Both the position numbers and the translations under genes were made by a program. A stretch of 64,000 nucleotides of DNA from Histomonas meleagridis 2922-C6/04-290x (lineage: Eukaryota > Protista > Parabasalia): contig JAANOX010000267.1 in NCBI GenBank assembly GCA_020184695.1, positions 77,941 through 141,940 on the forward strand. Direction: 5' to 3'. This document shows positions 21,780-32,329 of this stretch, one piece after another. Position 1 is the first letter of the stretch, and the number at the start of each line of letters is the position of its first letter. The notes beneath the pieces are model-generated. The model did no database searches. It saw only the letters and a list, made by a program, of their open reading frames with translations, and had not been told where the DNA came from.

Positions 21780-23390
21780 CTATCCCTGACTCTTATTTTG
21801 AAGTAGCTTCGCTGTTTCAGTATAACCATAATCAGATGCAATCATAAGTGCTGTTTTAAATAAATGTAATAATTTCCAAAAATAGTTTTGTAATATGAAG
21901 TTATTAAAATAAACAATGTTTTTAACATTTATATCAATTCCTTCTTGTTCAAGTAGTAATTTAACTATTTCTATTTTGTTATTTGAAGATGCTAAAATAA
22001 GTGCTGTATCTAATATTTGAAATAATTATCGAATGTTATTTTGAAATATTATATTATTATAATAAACAATATATTAAAATAATAAATATCTTTGGCATTT
22101 ATATCAATTCCTTTTTGTTCTAAGAGTAATTTAACTATTTCTAATTTACCATATTTAGAAGCCAACATAAGTGCTGCTTGAAGTATTTTAAATATTTTCC
22201 AAATATTATTTTGTAATATAGTATTAATAGAATAAATATTATTTTTGGCATTAATTTCAATCCCTTCTTGTTCAAGAAGTAATTTAACTATTTCTGTGCA
22301 ACAATGTTCAGATGCTTTGATAAGTGCTGTATTAAATAATCTTAATAATTTCCAAATAACATCTTAAAATATCCTGATATAATTGAAACAAATAGCTTTA
22401 GCATTGATATTAATTCCTTCTTGTTCAAGAAGTAGTTCAACTATTTCTGTGCAACAATGTTCAGATGCAATTATAAGTGCTGTATAAAATAATTTATATA
22501 ATTTCCAAATATTATTCAGTAAAATAATGTTATTAAAATAAACATAAAATACGATAAATAAACGAAATTAGTATTAATATCAATTCCATTTTTGCTAAGA
22601 AGTAATTCAACTATTTTTACATTATTATTAAAAGCTGCATCTATAAGTGCTGTTTTAAATAATTTGTATAATTTCCAAATATTATTTTAAAACATAAAAT
22701 TATTACAATAAATATTAGACAAAACAAATAAATATCTTTAGCATTAACATTAATTCCTTCTTGTTCAAGAAGTAGTTCAACTATATCTACAAGATTATTT
22801 ATAGAAGCCTTAATAAGCGCTGTTTGTATTATTCTAAATAACCACCAAATATTATAATAAAATTTCAAATAAAACAAAGAAATAATATTTTTAACATTAA
22901 GATCAATATCTTTTTGTGCAATTAGTAATTTGACAATATCATAACCATCTAATTGAGACACCTTTATAAGTGCTGTTTCGAATATTCTTAACAATTTCCA
23001 AACATTATTTTGAAACAAAATATTATTAAAATAAATTTTAAATAAAACATATAAAAATCTTTCGCATTAATATTAATTCCCTCTTGTTTAAGAAGCAATT
23101 TAACTATTTTTGCTTTACCATTTAGAGATGCTAAAATAAGTGCTGTTTTAAATTTTTTAAAAAAAATTCAAATATTTTTAAATGATTTCAAGCCAAATTA
23201 ATAAACATTAAATCAAACAAATAAATATCTTTAGCATTGATATCAATTTTTTCTTGTTTAAGAAGTAATTTGACAATTTCTATATAGCCTTTTTCAGATG
23301 CGTTTAAAAGCATTGCTTTAAATTTTCTTAAAAAAATTTAAATCTTATTTTAAAATATTAAATTATTTGAATAAAATTTCAATAAAATAT
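21780..23390 (-). repeat. Array of 10 ankyrin-repeat cores separated by 63- or 80-nt AT-rich spacers
   Basis: Core starts (TAL codons) at 23316, 23146, 22976, 22823, 22653, 22483, 22330, 22177, 22007 and 21854; periods 170, 170, 153, 170, 170, 153, 153, 170, 153. Core consensus TALI.AS.....EIVKLLLEQEGI.INAKD. The last core ends ...AKLLQNKSQG* with TAG at 21782-21780. Confidence 0.92.
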
Positions 23391-24557
23391 TTAAACATTA
23401 TTTTTTAAATCAATATACTTATGATTAATAAGGTAATTAAAAAGTTCTTCATTACCAGAAACACCTGAAACCTCTAAAAAATTAATTGGTATTGAATTTT
23501 TTTCTTGGAAATATAAAAAAATAAATATGTTTCCTGTTATGATTGAGTTGATGATATTAGTCTCATTGATTTTCATTCCTTCTTCTTCCAAGAATGAAAG
23601 AAGATCATAATTATCATATAAAATACACTCTTTTCCTAATTCTTCTAAATTAATATTTTTATTAATTTTGTTTTCATAAAAATAATGAAAAATATCATTT
23701 CGATGAAACATAATTGCTGTTTTATATGCATCTTCAAATGATGAATGATTTTGTTCACACAAATGAATAATTTCTTCATTTCCACCTGCAATTGCATATT
23801 TACCTGTGTTTTCTACTTTTGCGCCATTCATAAGTAAATATTTAAAACATTTATCAGCAGAAAAAAATGCTGCATAGTCAATTAATGTAACATTTTTATC
23901 ATTAACAAAGTCACATCTTTCATAAAGTGATGGTTGAATAATTTGATTAAAATCGAAATTTGTTTGTGATGATATTTCTTGAAGTTTTTCTATATCATCA
24001 TTACGAATTATTTTTGTAATTTCATATGGATTATGTTCTTCTTTAATATATTTCTTATGAAGTTCAAAATCATTCTTTGATAATTCTTTATAATTATCAA
24101 AGATTTGAAATATATACCTATTATGTTTTAGTTTCATAAATTCTTCTTCAGACATTTGATGCACTAAATATGGAATCTTTTTATTTTGAATAATTTTTGC
24201 ATCAATTAATTCGTTTTCAATCATATTTTTAAGGAGATAATTTGATTCTTGACTTTTAATTGATATTAGAAATTGAGTAAAAATATTTATAAAGTTGTTA
24301 TTTGATTTTGTTTCTATCTTTTGTAAATATTTGATACATAATTTTCCAAACCCCATTGATATAAAATACGAATAAACAATTCGACAAATAATATAAAGAA
24401 AAGAATATGAAAATTCATGAGAAAAGTATTTAAATGAAAATTCAACTGATTGATCAATATTATCCTCATTCAAATTAAAAATAATATTTTCTATTATTTG
24501 TAAGAATTTAAGGTTTTCATTATATTTTATCATTGCTTGACTTTGATTTCCTCCCAT
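23391..24557 (-). CDS. DUF3447-type ankyrin-repeat protein, N-terminal ORF (probably continues through the array to 21780)
   Basis: IRNDDIEKLQEI, LIDYAAFFSADKCFKYLLMNGA, YAIAGGNEEIIHLCEQ, AIMFHRNDIFHY are hallmark motifs of the expanded parabasalid ankyrin family. The ORF stops inside the first AT-rich spacer. Confidence 0.85.
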   Translation of the reverse strand: MGGNQSQAMIKYNENLKFLQIIENIIFNLNEDNIDQSVEFSFKYFSHEFSYSFLYIICRIVYSYFISMGFGKLCIKYLQKIETKSNNNFINIFTQFLISIKSQESNYLLKNMIENELIDAKIIQNKKIPYLVHQMSEEEFMKLKHNRYIFQIFDNYKELSKNDFELHKKYIKEEHNPYEITKIIRNDDIEKLQEISSQTNFDFNQIIQPSLYERCDFVNDKNVTLIDYAAFFSADKCFKYLLMNGAKVENTGKYAIAGGNEEIIHLCEQNHSSFEDAYKTAIMFHRNDIFHYFYENKINKNINLEELGKECILYDNYDLLSFLEEEGMKINETNIINSIITGNIFIFLYFQEKNSIPINFLEVSGVSGNEELFNYLINHKYIDLKNNV

Positions 24558-25003
24558 TAAAAATAAAAAATTCGTTTCTCCACACGTACCAATACACTTT
24601 TTATTTCAGCGGTGAGACATAATTTTTTTTGATCTTTCCCAGTTATATCCCATAAAATTTTATGCTTTTAATACATATGGATTAAAAAAATTCAAGTAAT
24701 CTATTACTCTTATACATCTTAGAACTTATTTTGGTGTTTCATAAAATCATTTCGGAATCATGAAACCCATCCATAAAACAAATTTAAAACTAGAAAATAT
24801 ACCTTAAGTAGATTTCTTTTATGCAAAAAGTTCATTTATTTTTTGTTTTTATCATCTTAACATTAGCAATTCCAAACTTCTTAATTTGATTAATAAAAGT
24901 GCAAGATCAAAATTTTTATCGTCTTTTAATTTAATGGCACATTTTATAACCGCCGCTTTTATATACGTCAGAATTTAACTTTTGAACTAAATACAAGAAA
25001 AAA

Positions 25004-28000
25004 TTGTTGCAAAAGAAAGGATTCGTTTTTGGCGTTTTCATAGCGTTTTCACTTTTTACGTATCTACATGAAGCCAAGGCACCTCCGTGGTGCTATTCAA
25101 CTAACATATTACGGAAACAAATAGATATTACTAAATCATTTTTTTCCATTGACAAAAATTTTCTTCAACTTTCCAATATAAATACAACTAAATCAGTAGG
25201 CTCTATATTGCCAACTCCAATAAAGAGTTATATTACAAGTATTTCAAAAGCATTGCAATTAAATTTTCTTTTTAGTGCATTAAAAAACGACAAATCTTAC
25301 TATTTAACAACAGAAACAAAGCACATAAAAACTTTTTCACATACAGAAAGTTTATTCATTAAATCTGACAATGAATTTATCATTAGTAATTTTATATATT
25401 TCATTATTATTTTTATTTTCAAGCATTATTATCAAAGCAAGAATGCTTTATTCATATTTTTTATATTATTTTTTTCAACATCATTTTCATTAAAACCAAG
25501 AGATACTCTTACCATCCATAAACAAGACGACTTTACTAAAGAAAATGAAGGCACCATCAAGAAAGTCATTATCGATGGCGAAATCGACTCGATACCCGAC
25601 AATGCCTTTAATGAATGGAAATCACTATCATATGTTCGCATTAATATCACAGGGACAACCATTGGTAATTATGCGTTTTATCGATGTCTTAACTTAGAAA
25701 CAGTTATCATTCAAGAGGGGGTTCAAAAAATTGGAATTTATTCATTTTATCGTTGCACCAAATTAACCAAAATTTCGATACCTAATTCAGTCATTTTTAT
25801 AGGAAGTTATTCATTTTTCAAATGTATTTCTATAAAAAAGGTTATGATACCCAATTATTTTATTAAGATTAGTGATTATTCATTTTCATCATGTAAGAAA
25901 TTAACCAAATTAACATTTGGTAATTCTAAAAATCAAATTCTGAATTCCTTAACAAATATATTAACACAAATGAAAGAAAATGATAAAAACATTCAATCCA
26001 TTGAAAGTTATTCATTTTATAAATGCATCGAATTAACTAATTTAGTTATACCACGAACGATTCATTACATCGGTAACAATGCGTTTCAATATTGTACTAA
26101 ATTACAAAGTATTATAATTGGACAAAACTTAAACTTAAATAATATACAAATTAACAAACCTTATTATATTAAATTATTATATAAAATTAACGAAGGAATA
26201 ATTACTATTGGCGAAAAGTCATTTCATTCTTGTGTTAACTTAGAATATATTAATTTCGGCGAAAATGTTGAAATAATTGGCGATAATTCATTTTGTAATT
26301 GTACGAAATTATCAAAAATTTATATTCCTGATAATGTTGAAAGAGTTGGAAAGAATTCATTTTCTTTATGTAAGAACTTAATGTTTGTAACTTATGGAAA
26401 TAATATTCAAAATAAAGAATCAAAGAATATTATCGATAACAAAGCATTCGAATTCTGTGAGAATTTAAAAGAAGTGAAAATTAATGGAGATATTAAATCG
26501 ATTGGTAATTCTGCGTTTTATAATTGTAATAAATTAACTGATATTAATATTCCTAATTCGATTATAACAATTGGGAAATTTGCATTTTATAAATGTTATG
26601 AATTAGAAAATATTAAAATTGGTAATAACATTCGAGAAATTGGTGAATATACATTTTATGAATGTTATAAACTAAATAAAATCGAAATACCAAATTTAAT
26701 CCAAAAGATTGAAAAATATTTATTTTATTATTGTTTAAATTTAAATGAAATTAAATTTGGAAATAACATTCAAATTATTGATGAATATTCATTTTATAAT
26801 TGTATCAAATTAACAAATATTAAACTTCAAAATAATATTAATGTTATTAATAAAAAAGCATTTTGTTCGTGTATAAGTTTAAAATCAATTGTTGTTGAAG
26901 ATCATGAAAAATTAAAATTCTTTAATCGAAATAAGAAAAAAAATTTAATAAAAATTTATTATAAAGCGTTTTATAATTGTAGTAATTTAGAAACAATTAA
27001 TTTCGGTGAGAATGTTCGAGTGATTGGGAATTCATCATTTTCATTATGTATAAATTTAAAGACATTAAATATCCCAAATTCTGTTTTATATATTAATAAT
27101 TCAGCATTTTCTAATTGTAATAATTTAGAAACAATTAACATTGGAGAGAATATAATAAAAATTGGAAAATATTCATTTTTTAATTGTATTAAATTAAAAA
27201 ACATTAAAATCCAATCAAATCGTATTATAAAAATTGGGAAATATTCATTTTCGAATTGTAGTTCATTAAATGAAATTAAAATTCCTAATTCTGTTTTATC
27301 CATTACAAAACATTTATTTTCTAATTGTTATAATTTACGTAACATTATTCTTAGTGAAAACATTCAAAGTATTAATGATTATTCATTTTATCAATGTATT
27401 AAATTAGAAACTATTAAAATCCCTAATTCTGTTCTAACAATTGAATCATATTCATTTTATTATTGTCTTTCGTTAACAAATATAATAATTGGTGAAAATG
27501 TTACTAACATTGGTTATTATTCATTTGGTTATTGTAATAATATTTTTAATGTTATTATACCGAATTTAGTTCAAAGCATTCAAAACTTTGCATTTTTTAA
27601 TTGTAGTAAATTAGAAACAATTAAAATCGGAGAAAATGTTACATCTATAGGTAATAATGTATTTAATTATTGTACCAAATTACAAAAAATTATTATTCCT
27701 AATTCAGTTAAATCGATTGGAAATTTTGCGTTTTCTTCATGTTATTCTTTAAGTAATGTTATCATTAATAATTCTGTAATACATATTGGTAGTTATACAT
27801 TTTTTGATTGTATTAAATTAAATTTTATCCAATTATCAAATTCAATTACAACAATTAATGAATATTTGTTTTATAATTGTACGAATTTAATTAATATAAA
27901 TTTATCAAATTCGATTTTATATATTAAAAGTTATTGTTTTGCTAATTGTATTAACTTAAAGAAAATTATAATTCCAAATTCAGTTACAACTATTGAGAAA

Positions 28001-31000
28001 AACACATTTGAAAATTGTTATAATATAAATGAAATAACTTTTAATAGTAATAAAATCGAAACATTAAATGAATTTATATTTAACAATTGTAATAAATTAG
28101 AAAAAATTACGATTCCAGATTCGATAAAAACTATAAAGAAAAACGCATTTTCTAATTGTAATAATTTAGAATCAATTGACATCGGTGAAAATGTGAATAA
28201 AATTGGAAGTAAATCATTTTATAATTGTACCAAATTATTCAATATAAAAATCACTGATTCTGTTATAACTATTGGTAAAAGTTCATTTGAAAATTGTATA
28301 AATTTAGTTGCAATTGTCTTTGGTAAGAAAGTAATTGAAATTAAAGATTTCGCTTTTTGTAATTGTATTAAGTTAAGATATACAATATCAAATTCAGTTT
28401 TGAAAATTGGTAAAAATGTGTTTTATAATTGTTATGATTTAATTGCTTGTGATTTAGGTGAGAACATCCAAATAATTAATGATTTCGTATTTTATAATTG
28501 TAATAAATTAACTGATATTAATATTCCTAATTCGATTATAACAATTGGGAAATTTGCGTTTTATAAATGTTATGAATTAAAAAATATTAAAATTGGTAAT
28601 AACATTCGAGAAATTGGTGAATATACATTTTATGAATGTTATAAACTAAATAAAATCGAAATACCAAATTTAATCCAAAAGATTGAAAAATATTTATTTT
28701 ATTATTGTTTAAATTTAAATGAAATTAAATTTGGAAATAACATTCAAATTATTGATGAATATTCATTTTATAATTGTAATATTAAAAAATTGGATTTTCC
28801 GACTAAATTGGAATCAATTGGAAATTATTCATTTTATAATTGTGTCGATTTAAATACAATAACGTTTAATAAGAACTTAAAAGTTATTGGGAATAATTCA
28901 TTTTGTTATTGTAAAAACTTAATAAACATTAAATTCGAAAATCCAAATTCGATAAATGAAATTGGAGAAAAATCTTTTTATGAATGTAATAACTTAGAAA
29001 CTTTTATTTTTGGAAATCGACTTAAAACTATTGAAAATTATACATTTGAAAGTTGTTATAAACTTAATAAAATCATTTTAACTAATTCGATTGAAAGCAT
29101 AAATAAATATTCATTTAATAATTGTATTAATTTAAATAATATTGTTATTGGTAATAATGTTAAAACTATTAAAAAGAATTCATTTTCGAATTGTATTAAT
29201 TTACATAATATTATAATACCAAATTCAGTTATAAAAATTGGTAAAAATTCATTTTATAATTGTACTAATTTAGAATCAATAAAAATTGGTAAAAACTTAA
29301 AATTCATTGGTAAATATTCATTTTCTTTATGTATTAATTTAAGAAATATTACTATACCTAAATCAATTACTTATATTGGAACTAAAACATTTTATTTTTG
29401 TAAGAAATTAAAATTCATAAAAATATCGAAAAATAATTTTAATTATTCCAATTATAAAAACGATGGAATTTTATATGATAAAAATATAACAAAATTAATA
29501 TTATATCCATCAGATAATAAAAATGATCAATTTGTTATTCCGATTTCGATACAAAGAATTAATTCATATGCATTTCAAAATTTAAATTATTTACGAACTT
29601 TAATTATTAATATAAATGTTAAAACAATTAAAAATTATTCATTTAATAATTGTAATAAATTAAAATGTATTTACTTCTTAAGTGATAATTTACCAAAAAT
29701 TGAAACAAATTCATTTAATAATGTTAAAGCTTCAACAATTATTACGAAAAAAACAAATAAATTTAAAAAATTCGGAAACTTAAATGTGAATTTTGGTAAT
29801 GAAGTTAATGAATGTATACCTTATCCTTTAATAGAATATAAAAATTTGCCCGAAAAATATATTTCGAATATAAAAACTCAAAACGATATTAATAATAATG
29901 AAGTAAATATTAATAATAACAAAATTAAGAAAAATATTTTAATTGTTTTGTTAATCATCGTTTTGATAATGTATTTTATAAGTCGATTTTGTAGTAACGA
30001 TTTCATGTCTTTTACAAATAGGAAAACATTTATATTCGAAAACAAATATTTGCAAGCAATAAAATATGAAATCCCACAAATTGTTTATGAAAATGATAAT
30101 AATAATAATAGTGAAAATGATAATAATAATAATAGTGAAAATGATAATAATAATAATAGTGAAAATGATAATAATAATAATAGTGAAAATGATAATAATA
30201 ATAATAGTGAAAATGATAATAATAATGTTGACGATAAATTTATAAATAATTTTATTTTTGAAAATGGTTCAAAAATCCGAAATCAAGAAAAAGTAAAAAA
30301 GAATCAAAAGAAAATGGCCAAAGAGGAAGAAGAGAATTTCATAAACGACAAAAACGAAGAGTTCATTGCACAAAAGAAGTATTACATGTTCATTTATTTC
30401 TTATTTGCGTCACTTCTTACACAATCTGAATTATCTGACAAATTTACCAAATTCATAGAAAATAATCGAAGCAGAGAAACAGCGAAGAAATCACTTGATA
30501 CAAAACAATACGATGATCTAAATGCATTTGTTCAATCGTCTGAAACGATTGACTTCTTAAACATTTATACGTTTTCTGTCTTTCCATCTATGTTCCATTA
30601 CTTTTTAACGACTTTTGGTAATGAATCGTTTATAAAATATTTAAAGAATTTGAAATCTCCAATTTTATTAATTACGTTTTCACGATCAGCATTTTTTTCG
30701 CCATTATTTATTAATTATATATATAAATCATTTTGTCCGATTTTATCACCATTATTATCGACGAATGAATTTAATAACAAAGATATAAATGAAATACGTG
30801 AAAATATCCTAAAAAATTGTGAAAAAAATTCGACAATATTTCCAAATTATATTTCGGATATATTATTAATTAACAAAAAAAATATTTTTCATTTTTATTA
30901 CGTTTTTATTGTGTTTTTAACTTATGATACATATAAAAATATTTCATTTCAACAAATTTTAGGTATAATTGAACCAAATCAAATAGTAACACAAGAATTT

Positions 31001-32329
31001 TTAGATTTCCTTAAAAGATTATTCGATTCTAATTTCATTAATAAACTTTATGATATATTTGTTGAGAATAAGAAACATTCTAAATTAATATTCTTTAATG
31101 AAAATGATACGAAAAAACATCCGGAAATATTCGAGCCAATAATTTTATCGAATTATGATATCGAAGCGATGAAACATTTCCATTCCACATTTGAACGAAT
31201 TGATTATAAATTATATAATAATAATAATCGAAGAAACAAAAACAAAAACAAAAGAAATAAATCGAATATTAATGATAATGAACCAATAAATATATTACGA
31301 AACTTTATGTTAACTATTGACATGTTACCAAAACCTCGAAATGATGAAACGTATGAAAGTTATATTCATTCATTAACATATTATGGAGATCCGAAAAAAG
31401 AAAAAGAACGAAAAGAATCTGCTGAAAGAGCAATTGCATTCATCAAAGAGAACAAACAAACACAGCTTTATAAGCCTATACAATCATATACTCACAAAAG
31501 CATAGATAAAATTCGTGATATTTATAGTTTCAAACATGATTTAAAGCACATAAAATTAATATTAAATAATGTAATTTATAATATTAAATTCGTTACATAT
31601 ACTGCTTATGTTCAACCTATTATAGATAAAGCTGATATAAAACCATTAGACTTTAATATCGAAAATGATTTAAATGATAAATTTAGAAAATTAGTAAATA
31701 TAATAAAAGTAAATGAAAATAATAAAAATATTATCGATGATGAATTCATAAATAGAATATGTTATACATATTTAACAAAAAATTTTAACTTTAGAGAATT
31801 TAAAAAGAAAAATCCGAAATTTAAGGAAATCGATCAAAAAATTTTCGGAATCGAATTCGATTTTTTGACTAAATTGAAAGCAACACTTGACGAACCTTTA
31901 TATAAAGGAATGAGTTTTGATGATGTTGCAGCAGCAGCTGAAACTCCAAAATTTAAAAAAGCAAAACAAATCATATGTTCGGCCAAGGACTACATACAAG
32001 CAGCATTAAATTGTTACGACTTATATACCTTCGGATATAAAATGTCGAATGTTTTGGATGAAATGAAGTCGTCAGGGATTCTGAATGATGTTGACATAGA
32101 ATTTTATCAGCCTGTCTTGACGGCAATGGTCCAAATCTATAAAAACAAGGAAATCTTCACAAGATACGTAATACTGAAAGAATACTTCTTCCCGTTCTTC
32201 GAAGCACTCAACCTAATCACAATATATATAGTAGCTATCAGGCAATTGATTTCTTTATTTGATGAAAATGACAAAAGAAAAATAATTAATGATGAATCGT
32301 TGAAAAATCATTTAGTTGATTTGTTATGA
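25004..32329 (+). CDS. BspA-like (TpLRR) surface protein with a TM helix, an Asn-rich linker and a ~670-aa C-terminal domain
   Basis: About 55 repeats of I.IPNSV..IG..AFY.C..L. TM segment ILIVLLIIVLIMYFI at about 29935-29980. No stop until 32329. The true start is uncertain: the track uses TTG 25004, and a more plausible start is ATG 25443, which is out of frame by one nt. Confidence 0.85.
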   Translation: MLQKKGFVFGVFIAFSLFTYLHEAKAPPWCYSTNILRKQIDITKSFFSIDKNFLQLSNINTTKSVGSILPTPIKSYITSISKALQLNFLFSALKNDKSYYLTTETKHIKTFSHTESLFIKSDNEFIISNFIYFIIIFIFKHYYQSKNALFIFFILFFSTSFSLKPRDTLTIHKQDDFTKENEGTIKKVIIDGEIDSIPDNAFNEWKSLSYVRINITGTTIGNYAFYRCLNLETVIIQEGVQKIGIYSFYRCTKLTKISIPNSVIFIGSYSFFKCISIKKVMIPNYFIKISDYSFSSCKKLTKLTFGNSKNQILNSLTNILTQMKENDKNIQSIESYSFYKCIELTNLVIPRTIHYIGNNAFQYCTKLQSIIIGQNLNLNNIQINKPYYIKLLYKINEGIITIGEKSFHSCVNLEYINFGENVEIIGDNSFCNCTKLSKIYIPDNVERVGKNSFSLCKNLMFVTYGNNIQNKESKNIIDNKAFEFCENLKEVKINGDIKSIGNSAFYNCNKLTDINIPNSIITIGKFAFYKCYELENIKIGNNIREIGEYTFYECYKLNKIEIPNLIQKIEKYLFYYCLNLNEIKFGNNIQIIDEYSFYNCIKLTNIKLQNNINVINKKAFCSCISLKSIVVEDHEKLKFFNRNKKKNLIKIYYKAFYNCSNLETINFGENVRVIGNSSFSLCINLKTLNIPNSVLYINNSAFSNCNNLETINIGENIIKIGKYSFFNCIKLKNIKIQSNRIIKIGKYSFSNCSSLNEIKIPNSVLSITKHLFSNCYNLRNIILSENIQSINDYSFYQCIKLETIKIPNSVLTIESYSFYYCLSLTNIIIGENVTNIGYYSFGYCNNIFNVIIPNLVQSIQNFAFFNCSKLETIKIGENVTSIGNNVFNYCTKLQKIIIPNSVKSIGNFAFSSCYSLSNVIINNSVIHIGSYTFFDCIKLNFIQLSNSITTINEYLFYNCTNLININLSNSILYIKSYCFANCINLKKIIIPNSVTTIEKNTFENCYNINEITFNSNKIETLNEFIFNNCNKLEKITIPDSIKTIKKNAFSNCNNLESIDIGENVNKIGSKSFYNCTKLFNIKITDSVITIGKSSFENCINLVAIVFGKKVIEIKDFAFCNCIKLRYTISNSVLKIGKNVFYNCYDLIACDLGENIQIINDFVFYNCNKLTDINIPNSIITIGKFAFYKCYELKNIKIGNNIREIGEYTFYECYKLNKIEIPNLIQKIEKYLFYYCLNLNEIKFGNNIQIIDEYSFYNCNIKKLDFPTKLESIGNYSFYNCVDLNTITFNKNLKVIGNNSFCYCKNLINIKFENPNSINEIGEKSFYECNNLETFIFGNRLKTIENYTFESCYKLNKIILTNSIESINKYSFNNCINLNNIVIGNNVKTIKKNSFSNCINLHNIIIPNSVIKIGKNSFYNCTNLESIKIGKNLKFIGKYSFSLCINLRNITIPKSITYIGTKTFYFCKKLKFIKISKNNFNYSNYKNDGILYDKNITKLILYPSDNKNDQFVIPISIQRINSYAFQNLNYLRTLIININVKTIKNYSFNNCNKLKCIYFLSDNLPKIETNSFNNVKASTIITKKTNKFKKFGNLNVNFGNEVNECIPYPLIEYKNLPEKYISNIKTQNDINNNEVNINNNKIKKNILIVLLIIVLIMYFISRFCSNDFMSFTNRKTFIFENKYLQAIKYEIPQIVYENDNNNNSENDNNNNSENDNNNNSENDNNNNSENDNNNNSENDNNNVDDKFINNFIFENGSKIRNQEKVKKNQKKMAKEEEENFINDKNEEFIAQKKYYMFIYFLFASLLTQSELSDKFTKFIENNRSRETAKKSLDTKQYDDLNAFVQSSETIDFLNIYTFSVFPSMFHYFLTTFGNESFIKYLKNLKSPILLITFSRSAFFSPLFINYIYKSFCPILSPLLSTNEFNNKDINEIRENILKNCEKNSTIFPNYISDILLINKKNIFHFYYVFIVFLTYDTYKNISFQQILGIIEPNQIVTQEFLDFLKRLFDSNFINKLYDIFVENKKHSKLIFFNENDTKKHPEIFEPIILSNYDIEAMKHFHSTFERIDYKLYNNNNRRNKNKNKRNKSNINDNEPINILRNFMLTIDMLPKPRNDETYESYIHSLTYYGDPKKEKERKESAERAIAFIKENKQTQLYKPIQSYTHKSIDKIRDIYSFKHDLKHIKLILNNVIYNIKFVTYTAYVQPIIDKADIKPLDFNIENDLNDKFRKLVNIIKVNENNKNIIDDEFINRICYTYLTKNFNFREFKKKNPKFKEIDQKIFGIEFDFLTKLKATLDEPLYKGMSFDDVAAAAETPKFKKAKQIICSAKDYIQAALNCYDLYTFGYKMSNVLDEMKSSGILNDVDIEFYQPVLTAMVQIYKNKEIFTRYVILKEYFFPFFEALNLITIYIVAIRQLISLFDENDKRKIINDESLKNHLVDLL
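26516..26804 (+). repeat. Internal duplication, copy 1 (289 bp, about 4 LRRs)
   Basis: Near-identical to 28490-28778 (offset 1974 bp = 658 codons). Two differences seen: gca/gcg and gaa/aaa. Confidence 0.9.
28490..28778 (+). repeat. Internal duplication, copy 2
   Basis: See copy 1 at 26516-26804. Confidence 0.9.
30089..30226 (+). repeat. 24-bp coding tandem repeat (ENDNNNNS) x ~6
   Basis: gaaaatgataataataataatagt repeated in frame within the large ORF. Confidence 0.95.

Noticed and set aside
21780-23390. Alternative genetic code (TAA/TAG = Gln or TGA = Trp) as the explanation for stops in the ankyrin spacers, since TAA falls at the Q position and TGA at the W position of the spacer consensus
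   Set aside because: Conserved genes in this window end normally at TAA, TAG and TGA and contain no in-frame stops. Recoding would also not fix the 170-bp frame-breaking periods.
21780-23390. CRISPR-like reading of the repeat/spacer alternation
   Set aside because: The repeats are 90-nt protein-coding ankyrin cores, the spacers are homologous to one another, the context is eukaryotic and there are no cas genes.
25050-25115. Possible spliceosomal intron (GTATCT ... ACTAACAT)
   Set aside because: The branch-like ACTAAC is not followed by the required CAG at the fixed parabasalid distance.
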